NCBI GenBank assembly: GCA_013239625.1
Contig: MU054391.1
Location: 3,563,130 to 3,627,129, forward strand
Origin: Lama guanicoe
Lineage: Eukaryota
Direction of reading: 5' to 3'
Length of the DNA stretch: 64,000 bases
Every line of letters begins with the position of its first letter. Position 1 is the stretch's first letter. The notes beneath the pieces were generated by a model that did not search any database, was not told the DNA's origin, and was given only the letters and a program-made list of their open reading frames with translations. Both the position numbers and the translations under genes were made by a program. This document shows, in pieces, positions 10,983-22,010 of the stretch.

Positions 10983-11884
10983 TTATAGTAAACCAGTCAA
11001 TATTTCTTTTAGCATGGGTTTAGTGTTGCTAAATTCTTTTAGTTTTTGCTTGTCTGTGAATTTCTTTATCTCTCCTTCTATTCTAAAGGATAGCCTTGCT
11101 GGATAGAGTATCCTAGGCTGCTTTTTTTTTTCATTCAGACTTTGAATATATCTTGCCACTCCCTTCTGGCCTGTAGTGTTTGTGTATAGAAATCAGCTGA
11201 GAGCCTTATGGGGGTTCCCTTGTAACTCACTCTTTGTTTTTCTCTTGCTACCTTGAGGATCATTTCTTTATCCTTGACTCTGGCCATCTTGATTATGATA
11301 TGCCTTGGCATGGGTCTATTTGGGTTCTTCCTGTTTGAGACCCTCTGAGCCTCCTGTACATCGATATCTGATTCCTTCTTTAGGTTTGAGAAGTTTTCAG
11401 TCATGATTTCTTCAAATACCTTCTCAATCCCCTTTGCTTTTTCTTCCCCTTCTGGAACCCCTATTATGCGTAGATTGGCAGGCTTTATATTATCCCATAG
11501 GTCCCTTATATTGTTTTCATTGTTTTTTATTTGCTTTTCTCTCAGCTCTTCAGATTGGGTGCTTTCTGTTGTCCTGTCTTCTAGGTCACTTATTCATTCC
11601 TCTGCATTATCTAGCCTGCTTTGTACAGCCTTTAGGTCAGCTCTCATCTCAGCAAATGAGTTTGCTAATTCTACTTGGTTCTTCTTTATAGCTTCTGTTT
11701 CATTTTTGACATATTTTATATCTCTAAACACTATTTCTTTTAGTTCCTTCAGTACTTTGATCACTCCTTTTTTGAAATCTTGATCTAGTAGGCCATCAAT
11801 GTCTATTTCCTTGATCGTGCTTTCAGGGGATTTCTCTTGATCTTTTAATTGGGAATGGTTTCTCTGCTTCTTCATATTGCTCAT
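10983..11884 (-). pseudogene. L1 ORF1p (RNA-binding protein), disrupted
   Basis: MSNMKKQRNHSQLK...LDNAEE*ISDLEDR...LWDNIKPANLRIIGVPEGEE...PRHIIIKM...YKGTPIRLSADF...QARREWQDIFKV, a frameshift near 11135, then QPRILYPARLSFRIEGEIK...LTGLL*. One internal TGA at 11594-11596. Confidence 0.92.
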
Positions 11885-13209
11885 ATCTCTCTGGCACTGT
11901 GGCTTAAGGAGTATCAGTTATCTAGTCATCCTCGAGACGGTGTGCTCTTAATGATTTTATCGAGAGGTCTTTGTGTCTTCGCCCTGTTTTGCAAACTCAG
12001 CTTGCTGTTTCCAGAGGCCCTCTGTTGGCACTCTCTTCTGTGCTGCTCCCAGTGGCTGTCAGCTAGCAGATCATGCCCCCTCCCAACACTGGGTCAGGTG
12101 CTGAGCTCTTATCCTGTGGGTGGGCGGGTCACTCCCCCTCAAATGCTGTGCTCAGGCAAGGCAGGTGGGCGGATCGCACCCCCTCCCAGCATCGTGGTCA
12201 GGTGCTGCGTTCCTGCCACAAGGGCGGGTGACCACCAGCCCTTTCCCAGCACTGGTAGCTCTGCTGCTCTGTGCAGCTGCCCGCTCCGCCTCCAGTCGGC
12301 GCTCCGAAGGCGGGCTTGGGGAAGACCACGGCATGGCTCCACCTCTGCTCCATGCCAAATCTCAGCTCCTTGTTTGTCTTGACGGCGCGAGTTCTCTGAG
12401 GTATCAGGGCAGAAGGATCCTATCTGTCTAGGGCTGTAAACAATTCTCAGTCCTGCCCAGGAGGCCGTGGAGCCCCCGGGTGCAGATTCAGGGCTCGGCC
12501 CCCACCCCCGCCTGGGCGCTCTTACAGGGGGAGGTGTCGGCTGTGGCTGCGCCCGCCTCTCTTCTCATGAGAAGTGCCAGTAATGGCGGTGCAGGTCTGA
12601 GGAGACAAAGGCTATGGCGCCCCTGCCCCCAGGGCACACCAGCCGTGTTGCTTCGCCTTTTTTCGCAATTTATGGGGGACCGAGGTTGCTCTGCTCTGTA
12701 TCCCCTCCTGGCCTCGGCGCGCAGCCCCCTGCGCAGCCCCCGGGGCTGCCTCAGTGCATCTGCCCCTGTCTTCTGCCCGGCTTGGACGGCCTGGCCTGGC
12801 CCCAGCTGCTGGCCCGCATCTCGGGCTGGGTGTCATGGGGACCCTCTGTGCCCATTTAACTCAGTTCTGTCAGTCAAGGGGTGCTCAGGGCAGATCTGAG
12901 CTCTGGAGGCTCCCCCTCCGCCCCACTGGCCTCTCCGTTGAAGGGGGGAGACCCAGCGAACGAGCACCAGTCCTCCTTTGCCGCTCCCTCCCCGCAGGAC
13001 TGGTCCCGAACTGTTTTGCTTTTTTTTTCTTTCTTTTTTCCTCTTCTGTCAAATTTTGGGCGTCTTTGTCTTTCAAAGAGGGCGATGTTCTGTCTGAGTT
13101 CGGCAGGTGCCCTGGTTGGCTGAGTGGGTCCGTAGATGTGAGTTTTGGTGTATTTGTGGGAGTGGGTGAGCTACGGGCTTCCTTCTACTCTGCCATCTTG
13201 CTTCTCTCC
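11885..13209 (-). promoter_or_regulatory. L1 5'UTR internal promoter (CpG-rich) with YY1-type motif
   Basis: GC/CpG-rich region upstream of ORF1; CAAGATGGC (plus-strand gccatcttg, 13192-13200) sits 10 nt from the 5' end, where mammalian L1s carry a YY1 site. Confidence 0.75.
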
Positions 13210-13394
13210 AAAACTCTTTTCTATTCCTATTACAGATTGTCTGTTGATTATTTCTGTTGACAGTCTCTGTGTTGTACAAGAGTGAAAAGGAAATCTTCCC
13301 CTTTGTCCCCCTTTCTCCAACACCCTAATTTCCAGAAGAACAGCCAAATGTCTGAGTTATAAGGTCACTGGTCCAGAATATGATGACAAGCCAG

Positions 13395-13610
13395 CAGTTT
13401 AAGAGCTACAGTATTTGCAGAGCCCTGATCTGAGGCGTAGACTTGCCTCATCAAATAAACGGGGGTTTACATCCAGTTTCTGTTAGCACTCAGATTCCTC
13501 CATTTTGAAACAAAAATATTTTTATTTATCAAATGTGCTGAAGGGCAAAATGAGTTACTACATGTAAAGCATGTGGAGCTTGGCATGAAAAAGCGCTCAG
13601 CACTGGTGAG
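13395..13610 (+). mobile_element. MIR SINE
   Basis: 'actcagattcctccattttgaaac...gaagggcaaaatgagttactacatgtaaagcatgtggagcttggcatgaaaaagcgctcag'. Confidence 0.55.
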
Positions 13611-13684
13611 CCTCACATTGGCACTGATGTGGACAGAGCAGTAGGCAGTGTGCCCGCCCTTGGTAATGAATGCAGTTCCTCACC

Positions 13685-13895
13685 TTTATTAAGGGCTTAC
13701 AGTGCGCCAGGCGCTGGACCAGGCGCTTTACGTGTATTCTCCCCTACTGGTAAGATGGCTCCTAGTGTTCTTTCACCTACGCTCTTTTACAGATGAGAAA
13801 ACTGAGGCACAGAGGGGTCAATTCATTGGCTCCAGTCGCAGGGCCAGTAGGTGGTACCCCTGGTGTTTGAACCCAGTGATCCGACCCCAGAGCCT
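13685..13895 (-). mobile_element. MIR SINE
   Basis: 'tttattaagggcttacagtgcgccaggcgctg...ttttacagatgagaaaactgaggcacagagggg...tttgaacccag'. Confidence 0.8.
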
Positions 13896-15659
13896 CACTC
13901 TTACCGTTTACTTTCCTCTGCACTGTTTGGTGGTGGTGGTGGTTCCTGCTGTTGTTAAGGATTAGAGGAAGTTCCCTGGGCCAGCAAAAAATCAAATAGC
14001 CAATTATTTTTAACCTGCTGGTAGAGGTGATCAGAGTATGTCATAAAGAGGTGACGTTTATCGGTACAGTCACCCTGAGAACACACAGAGGGGCAGATCG
14101 GTGCCCTGAGACCCGTCCGCTAATGACGTTCCTGTGTGCAGTATGCTGATTCGCAGCCCCGTCCCCACTGCTGTCAGAAATGATTAAGTCAAACACGTTT
14201 TCAGCAACGCTGTTCAAAGACTTCTGTAATTGACTGTGTGACGAGAGTTCTGCACAAGCCACTGAATTAACAGATCCACCCGCCCCTCTCAGACAAAGAG
14301 CCTCAGAAGACAATGAGCTAGTTATGCACGTGCCATCCAGACAGGGAGCAGGGTGTGAACCAAGATGTCTCTTCATTACAGGGGAAAGTGGCACTTCCCG
14401 TGGAGGTCACAGAACCGAGAGAGTGGAGGGGGTCAGAGGGATCCTGTAGCCAGCCCCTTCTGTTCTCGGTTACCAGAGTGAGGAGATGAACTGCCTCACT
14501 CCCTGAAAATCAAGTAACACTTCCTTCTCATTGTAGCCCCTGAAGCAGGTGCGGTCAAGAACACGTGCTATGTGATCACTAAGTGTGGAAACAAACAGGT
14601 GAAGAGGGAAGCGACAGCCGTCATTTAAGGAGCAGCAACTATGAGTGACTCGTAGGTTGGGTTCTTTCCCATCATTTCTTACTTCTAAATCTCAGAGATA
14701 GCCTGCAAATGTCTTGCTCAGTTTGTCAGAAGGGAACCAGTTAACGTCCAGAATATTAGCCAAATGGACCAAGAACACAAGCCAATGAGGACCAAAGTGT
14801 GCCTGGGACCAAGGCCGCCTGTGTCCTTCCCACCCTGCTTCCTTGTCACTGGCCCTTCCTGCCGCACTGGGGGGTGGCACCCCCAGATGACCCTCCAGTG
14901 TCAGCACAGGGGCAGAGTGGCTGGGTATATGGCGATAAGGAGGAGAAAAAATCTGCAGGGTGCAGAAAAATGTGCATTCCTTCTAAAGATACGTGTTTCA
15001 AATCTATTCAGGCCAAAGAAGTCCCATCTGGATCCTCACGGATATGGCTTGTGAGTCAAAAGGGACCCCAGAATCTCTGCACCCTGCCAACTCCCCACAA
15101 TGACACGTTCGCATATCGGATCCGTGAAGATTTGCTTGAAACTCTCCCGTCGGTTATCTGGGCTTTCCCTGGTCATGCTCAGCAGCATTTCAAAGGTTCA
15201 CCCAAGGCACAATGCCTCATCCGTCACTTATGTATTGGGAGACACCACGGATCTCATCCCCCTCATTCCTTTACCAAGTCCCTAGAGACCCGCCTTTAAG
15301 ATGAGGAGCAGCGTTTTCCATTTTTCTGACTTACAGAATGAGGTCTGTCCTCAATGTAGCTTCAAAAGGTTAATCACATGGAAATCATCCTGGCACCGTG
15401 TCTCGGCCTGCCAGTGATACATCGTATCTTGGAAAGTGAACAGGACAACTGATGTACAATGGCTTCTGAGAATCTGGATGTTGAAAGGATAAACAACTGG
15501 CCTCGCTATCATACAAAGCTGTTATGTAGAATTAAAAAAAGAAAAAAAATTGGAATGTAGAATTTTAGAGATATGAAGGCTCATAGAAGCAACTCTAGGT
15601 CAACCATCATATTTTTGTGAGTGAGAAAAAATTGAGGCTTTATATCAGAAAGATCAGTC

Positions 15660-15860
15660 TGTCAGTCTCTGGTCTACCGTATTCCAGTGTGACTTCGGGC
15701 AAGATACTTACCCTATCTGTATGCCACTGTTCTCAACTGGCTGATGGAGGTAAATACCACCTCCCCAGGGGACAGAGTGAGTCCTAAGCGTCCCATTTCT
15801 GATGTGCTGATGCCTGTAGACCCAGCACCCAGCTCAACGCCTGCCACGTGGTGGCAGTTC
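15660..15860 (+). mobile_element. MIR SINE
   Basis: 'gtgtgacttcgggcaagatacttaccctatctgtatgccactgttctcaactg...taaataccacctcccca'. Confidence 0.55.
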
Positions 15861-16935
15861 AGACATGCATGTGGGTGCACGATGGATGTGAACGGCTGTG
15901 GCCAACACACAGTATGTGCGCAGAAATGTCAGTTTCCCTTCCTGTCAGTGACTCCTCTGAGGCTGCAGAATAAGTCACTGACTTGAGATCAGAAGCCCGG
16001 GCTGATTCCTGCTCCAGGGCCTTGTGCCTGAGAAGTTAGGAGGAAAAAGGCTCAGAAACAGGTCAGGGCTACACAGCTGGAAGGGATTAGGCTCCCGCGT
16101 GCCTGGGGTAACCATGAACTCGACTTTCTGTCATTCTGAACTGAGACAAATCCCCGAGTCCCAGCCCCACTGCAGCCCCGCCCATCCCCCGGCGCAGCAC
16201 CCCCCCGGGCTAAGTCCCCCCAGGTGCCCATCACCCACCAGGAGTCCCGGTGTGCAGGAACGGGCTCCTCAGAGGTCAATGGGGAAGCGGACACGTTGAG
16301 ACGTCTAGGAAGACGTGTCTATCCTCCTACAGTCCCATTTTAACCCTCAGGTGACAGACGGTGCTGTCCATTCCATGCACAGTCTGGCCTCTGTGGAGCC
16401 CTGTCCCCGGCTTGACTCTCAAGGCCCCGCGCACTCTGGTTCTCGCAGCCACACTGGAACGTCTCCCACATCACACACGCCCGGGAGACGCGCTCGAAGG
16501 CCCCCCATCTCGGGGCCGCGAGCTGGCAGCCCTCTGGTTGCTGCAGTGGCCCTTCCTCTGTGCTCCCCCAGGGCTGCGTTTGCTCCTAGGCCCCGCACGC
16601 ATCTCCATCTGTGTTAAATTAGATTCTCCACATGGGCCTTAACATCCCCCACCCTTTCCCTAAATCACAGCCACATGTAAGCATCACGGGCTGCGTGGCG
16701 CCCTGACCGGGGTGGGGCTGCGCAGAGGTGTAGGCTGGATACGCGTTTCTCTCCACGATCTCCCCGCACGTCTGTTTTCTCTAAAATCCTAAGCCCTAGT
16801 CCGGCCATAGAGAAATCTACCTATGGACACCTTTCTTCACGCCTTCTCCTTCACTCAGCGTCTTACCTAGTTGGTTGTCTTCAGGCAGAACCATGAAAAC
16901 AAAATGGGGATAGAGGTCCCTCAACCCCACCAGCA

Positions 16936-17002
16936 ACACACAGACACACAGACACACAGACACACAGACACACACAGACACACACAGACACACACACACA
17001 CA
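16936..17002. repeat. Interrupted (CA)n / (GACACACA)n microsatellite
   Basis: Direct reading. Confidence 0.95.
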
Positions 17003-17949
17003 GAGCAACCCTTAGTATGGTCTGAAATCGTAATCTTCCTACCCAGCTGGTCTGAAGTTTGGAGGGAAAACCAACAATGTGCAGCAGCGTATGGTTGAAT
17101 CCAGACTTTGCCCCTGTGGACAGGCTGACCGATAATAAATACGTCGTCGGCACAGAGACGTTTTTGTGAGTGAAGGGGGACAACAGACATAAACTGCTAC
17201 CCTCCCAGAAGAACAGAATGCAGAGCCGCACGAGCTAGTCTAGTGGAGGGAATTGGAGGAGAGGTTCCCAAGAATTTTTAAGCAGGAAACAATGAGAAAA
17301 TCTGTGGCAAGTGAGAGTTTAAGTGAACATAGCTGACGCCAGGTCCCCGGCCCAGGGCTGGGTGAGAGGTGAGGACCACTCGGGGAGCCCTCTAATTTCC
17401 GTCTCGTTGCCGCATCCTGTGCGCGAGCTTCAGGAGAAGAGGGCATGGAAGGAGAAGAGCTGGGCAGTAAAATCTCAGCAAGACACGGAGGGTACGAGCG
17501 GGCTCGTCTTGTGGTCACGTAACAGGAGAGGAACAAGGGCATGAAGGGTGTCCGTCTCAAGGAGACGGATGGTGCCTGCTGGAACCAAGAGCAAGCCCAT
17601 GAAAACAAGCAAGGAACTCGACTCAGGTGCATTTCGCACCCCGGGGTGCACCGGGTGCAGAGAGCCCCACTGCTCCACGTGGAGGGCAGGACGGGACGCG
17701 AGATAACCACGCGAGTCGCCTTCGCGCTCCCCTGGTGACTCTGAAAGGCCGGGCTTCTGGGGGAGACGTGACTGTCGCCGAGAAGCGCTGCTCTGTTACC
17801 ACGCCGGCGGCCAGCCTGGGCTCGTGCGTTGCCGAGTCCTGAGGAGACGGTGGTGACAACTGCAAAAGCAAAGGCAGCCCGGGGCAGTGTGAGTCAAGAA
17901 AGCAGCTGAGGCCGAAGACTCATCTCCAATTTGCTGGTGGACGTGTGTA

Positions 17950-18600
17950 CTATTTTCATAAACATTAGATTTGAAAATAATTCCAGACACAGAAAACCAG
18001 CGAGAACAGTGTAAAGCATCTCTGTATAACCTCCACGTGGAGTCTGTGGGTCCACACTGATATAAACAAACAAATAAATAACAAACGGAGGGGCGGGTGG
18101 GGCTCTGACTTACAACAGGATGCCGAGTTAGGAATGCAGAAGCACGGTAAGATTAGAGTCGCTCTGTCCTGCCGTCGCAGTAACGACTTACTCAGGAAGG
18201 AATCGCTGAAGGTGCTAACAGAGAGGTTTTGATGAGAAGCACCTCAACCCAAGGTAGCAATGTTTAACACAGGGGAAAAGAACAGTACCTTGGCAGGAAG
18301 AAACCTGGCAGACACCACCTTAGCCAGGCGAGCACGGCCAGCATTGTCGAGACTGGAAGGGTTTGCACTTCGCATTCCCGGCTGACTGAGTCACATCCGC
18401 GCGGGCTCATGTGATCCAGGGGTGCTGCCAGCTGTTCTGCCATTGCTCCCGGGTCTTTGATGCTCGATGTCACCTGTTTGGCCAGTGGCCTCTCCCTCAG
18501 GCTGACTCCTGTGCCTTTTCACATGGGTCCTTGTTCCCTGAGCACTTCCTTACTTCCCGGAACGTAGCGTTTTTGAAAGCTGGTGCGCACATCATTCTTA
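17950..18600. mobile_element. Old L1MC-like 3'UTR, minus-strand flanks with a plus-strand internal block
   Basis: 17950-18040 'tttgaaaataattccagacacagaaaa...' and 18400-18600 'tttgatgctc...tttggccagtgg...gagcacttccttacttc' are minus-oriented; 18050-18350 'gtccacactgatataaacaaacaaataaata...aaacctggcagacaccaccttagcca' is plus-oriented. Confidence 0.65.
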
Positions 18601-19573
18601 CACATACTGAAGTGGCGCTGAGTGCAGGCTGACTAGATGTTTTTTTAGACTTTATTCACGAGAAGGGATTTCGTATCCTAGAAGCACTGTTTGCATGGGA
18701 CCTTAGAGTTTATCTGAGCCAAATTTTCGTTTTCAGCTAGAATCCTGGGGCTCAAAAGCAGATCCTGTGGGTCCAAGCCCAGCAGTCCAGAAAGAGCCCA
18801 TTTTATAAAAACCCTTCAGAATGGGCCAGAAGAGCAGTGCTTCAGAGAGCGGTAGTACCAGTGTCAGGGAAAACAGAATTAAGTCCCAGCATGTTCTGCA
18901 GAGGAGTCTGCAGCATTTGGCTCCTGTGTCTGACCACGATAGCCCAATAAACCATTTTTATTACAACATGCGTAACAGATTTGCCAGCCATCCCCTCTTT
19001 TACAGATGGCCATTAATTTTTTCTCCTAGCATAAGCATTCCACTCACCAAAAATTCTCACTCGTCATAAATTGTGCGTGTGGAGAGGCAGCATTACAGTT
19101 AAACCCTGAGAAATAAATGTCCCTGATTATTCCCTCATTTATTATTTTTTGCAGGATTTGAATATATCTTAAGGAATATCTTTGAAAGAGTCACTAGTTC
19201 CGTTACAAGGCTTCCGAACCTCTTGGGGCCCTTCACCTGTGCCATGCCAAAGCGGCGCTGGAAAGGAGTGGCCCATGAAGCGGAATCTGAGGGATGGCAA
19301 CACCCAGTCACTGACTTTGTTTCCATTCGTCATCACACAAGGAGTTTCCGGCCATCAGGAGGAAGGACGCCAAGGCTATCCCCCATACCTGGAATTTTCA
19401 TATCGAAAATTTCTGTATTTTAGGGAGTTTTTCAGGAAAGTATTCAAATGAGAAGAACTTCTACATACTGGGAGATGATCAAAATATCGAAGAGAGCCTT
19501 CTAAACTTTGATATCAATAGATATAAGTCAGAAATAATAAGTTTATTGGTCAAATGACTTATTTGACTTTGCA

Positions 19574-19631
19574 TCTTTTCTTTTTTCTTCTTCTTCTTCT
19601 TCCTTGTTTTTTTTTTTTTTTTTTTTTTTTT
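19574..19631. repeat. Polypyrimidine tract: (CTT)n plus T25
   Basis: Direct reading; T run 19607-19631. Confidence 0.95.
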
Positions 19632-20274
19632 GAGAATCACTTTTGGGAAATATTGATTAGGGAAATGATGTCTAAAGGAGAGAGGAGACTTTGTGAGCTC
19701 CATTTTGCGGGACGGCGGGGGGGGGGATAAGATTTAAAAGGAGTTTCCAGCATTTCCCAGCAGCAAATGTCACTGGCAGCAATTAACAGGATATCAGAGT
19801 TTCTGTGCATCCATCCACTAGACCAATCTTTTTACAAATATATATACACATAAATATAAAGTACGATGTGTGTGTATGTATCTTACTAGGTACCAGTGAT
19901 TCAAGAAACACAGGAGAGACACTGTCTCTGATCAGAAGAAAAGGACAATTAAAAAAGCGGTCAAAGTCAAGGATGTGTTACTGTTACCAGGAAGGAAACA
20001 GAAGAGCAGAAGGGAGACCGCAGGGAGCTTCCCCGAGCCTGAGTCCTGCGCGCGGCGACGCAGCAGCTAAAAGGCTGAGTTAGTGTTCCCCCAGGCATTT
20101 TTTACTCTCACTGACCAAAAAGATGAAAAGAAGTTTTGAAGTATGTGTGCCCAAGATTCCTTATGAATGGTCAAACCAGAGCCCAGTTCCTGGGGATGTG
20201 GGTGCACCTTCTTTCCACTGTACCCGCCACCCCCGCAGGGAGCCAAAGTACGCACGTTCTTTAATTCTTACAGA

Positions 20275-20540
20275 ATCGTTCATTAAGCATCTTGTACGTG
20301 TAAGAGGAGGCGGTACAGTGAGAGGAGGAGAGTCAGAATTAGACACGGTGCCCTCCTTCGTACACAGTTTATATTCTAATTAAGAAAGGTGCACACATAA
20401 TTCCACCTAAAAGCACAATAATGGAAGTGGAAACTGATTCGGGGGATGTTCCAAGGATAGAGAAATTTTAGCTGAGAAATCAAAGAAAATTCTCTAAAGG
20501 TATGGCTTATGAATCAGACCTTAGGACCTTGAGGAATGAT
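20275..20540 (-). mobile_element. L2 LINE 3' fragment
   Basis: 'gttcattaagcatcttgtacgtg...agacacggtgccctccttcgtacacagtttatattcta...gaccttgaggaatga'. Confidence 0.55.
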
Positions 20541-21559
20541 CAGACTTTGACTATGTGAGGAAGAAAAGGAAAATCAGAGTCAGATGCTGTGGTCCAGGGA
20601 GGGGAGAGCAAAGGATGCACGTGGGGGAGGAGTGAGGCAGAGGCTGGGAGGGTGGATGGTTCTGCACCGTGAGAGTCCTCAGCGACTCTGTCCACTGCTG
20701 GCTTGGCCGCGGGCCACCAGCACGGCACTGACAGGCCCAGGTTGAAGACCCAGACTCAACTACTCTCCAAGAATGCCAAAAAACACGTTTGAGGAGAGCA
20801 CCCCACTGGCAAAGAACTGAGATAACATTGCAGCAGCAACTGGAATTCCTCCTTGTAACCCAAGTATATTTTAAGACATTTTTCACAGTGGATGCTTTGT
20901 CAGGAGTTGCTCAAAAGGGACTCTATGAAATAGATGAAGCAGAAAATTACCCAAACTCTGAATCAGTAGGAGAACAGAACGGATTTTAATCGATTTGGCT
21001 AAAGGAGCAAGACTAAGTGATAACAGATATGTTCTAAAGATACACTAAATACTGGAGCATTTTGATTAGAAAATACAGATTTTGTGATATTCAGCTCATG
21101 TTTTTTCCTTAATGTCAGCAAAGATCTTTCAATATCCGTTATGCCAGCAGGTGCTATATTGTATGTTGAGGGTACAGAGAGGAATAAGACAAAATCCGGG
21201 GAGTGGGGAACACGTAACACTTTAAAAAGACTAATTTATAAGGCAAGCTGGAGGAGACAGGGCGCTGCAGGCAGGGAGACGGTGCACGCTCACCTGCACC
21301 TTGCCCTCTGCCCTCACACAGCTATGCCCTGGGAACTGCCTTTCCAACACCACAGACGTGAGAATGAGTTCAAGGCAAAGTTAGGGGTCCTTTCGCTAGT
21401 TCCTCCCAACTTTTTCAAGCATCTCACCTCTTCTAGGCACTTTAGACAATAACTGTGTATGTGTTTCAATTAGAGATGTTCTCCGATTCCAGTTCTTATA
21501 GAACAGGGAGCGAAAACTGGAAAATAATGCAGCAGTTAGAGTAGGACAAAGCCAGAAGA

Positions 21560-21760
21560 CATTTCACTGAGGAGGCTCTAATGAAGAAACACAAGGCTTT
21601 GGACAAACTACTTTATCTCCGTAAGCCTCAACCCCTTCACCTACAAAAGAAAGCCAGTGAGGTTGGTCCCTTGTAGGACTGAGGCAGAGATTAGGAAAAG
21701 AGTTTGTAAAGTGTCTGGACCTGAACCAGCACATAGTCAGCACTCAATTCATTGCTACTA
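21560..21760 (+). mobile_element. MIR SINE
   Basis: 'ggctttggacaaactactttatctccgtaagcctca...cacatagtcagcactcaattcattgctactat'. Confidence 0.6.
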
Positions 21761-21926
21761 TCGTCATGTAATGATGATTATTTTCCACCCAAATGAATGA
21801 TGTCTTAGGGCATCTCCAGTTGCCTCCAAACATGTTATGGAATTGCCAAGGAAGAACTGACTTACGTATTTTACAGTAAAACAAATAGTCCACATAGCAC
21901 TTGGTGCCAAGAAGAGCAAGATCCAA

Positions 21927-22010
21927 ACACACACACACACAGACACACACATGGACACACAGACACACACACACAGACACAAAGACACACACACACACAC
22001 ACACACACAC
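21927..22010. repeat. Interrupted (CA)n microsatellite
   Basis: Direct reading. Confidence 0.95.

Larger units (their letters stand above)
10152..13209 (-). mobile_element. Young L1 with full 5'UTR, ORF1 and 3' end but most of ORF2 deleted (half-L1-like, 3.06 kb)
   Basis: 5' end GGAGAGAAGCAAGATGGC at 13209; CpG-rich 5'UTR; ORF1 homology 11884-10983; abrupt join to the ORF2 C-terminus at about 10840; 3'UTR and poly(A). TSD AAAACTCTTTT at 10141-10151 and 13210-13220. Confidence 0.95.

Noticed and set aside
11849..13260. Plus-strand ORFs antisense to the L1 5'UTR (ORF0-like?)
   Set aside because: GC-rich UTR yields chance ORFs, several with non-ATG starts; ORF0 is described for primate L1 and I see no similarity.
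13843..13857. CTCF-like motif GCCAGTAGGTGGTAC
   Set aside because: Single imperfect match inside a MIR; unsupported without ChIP data.
17636..17659. Palindrome GCACCCCGGGGTGC with an overlapping near-palindrome
   Set aside because: Short and plausible by chance in GC-rich DNA.
19479..19703. Poly-Lys ORF
   Set aside because: Artefact of the T/CTT tract.
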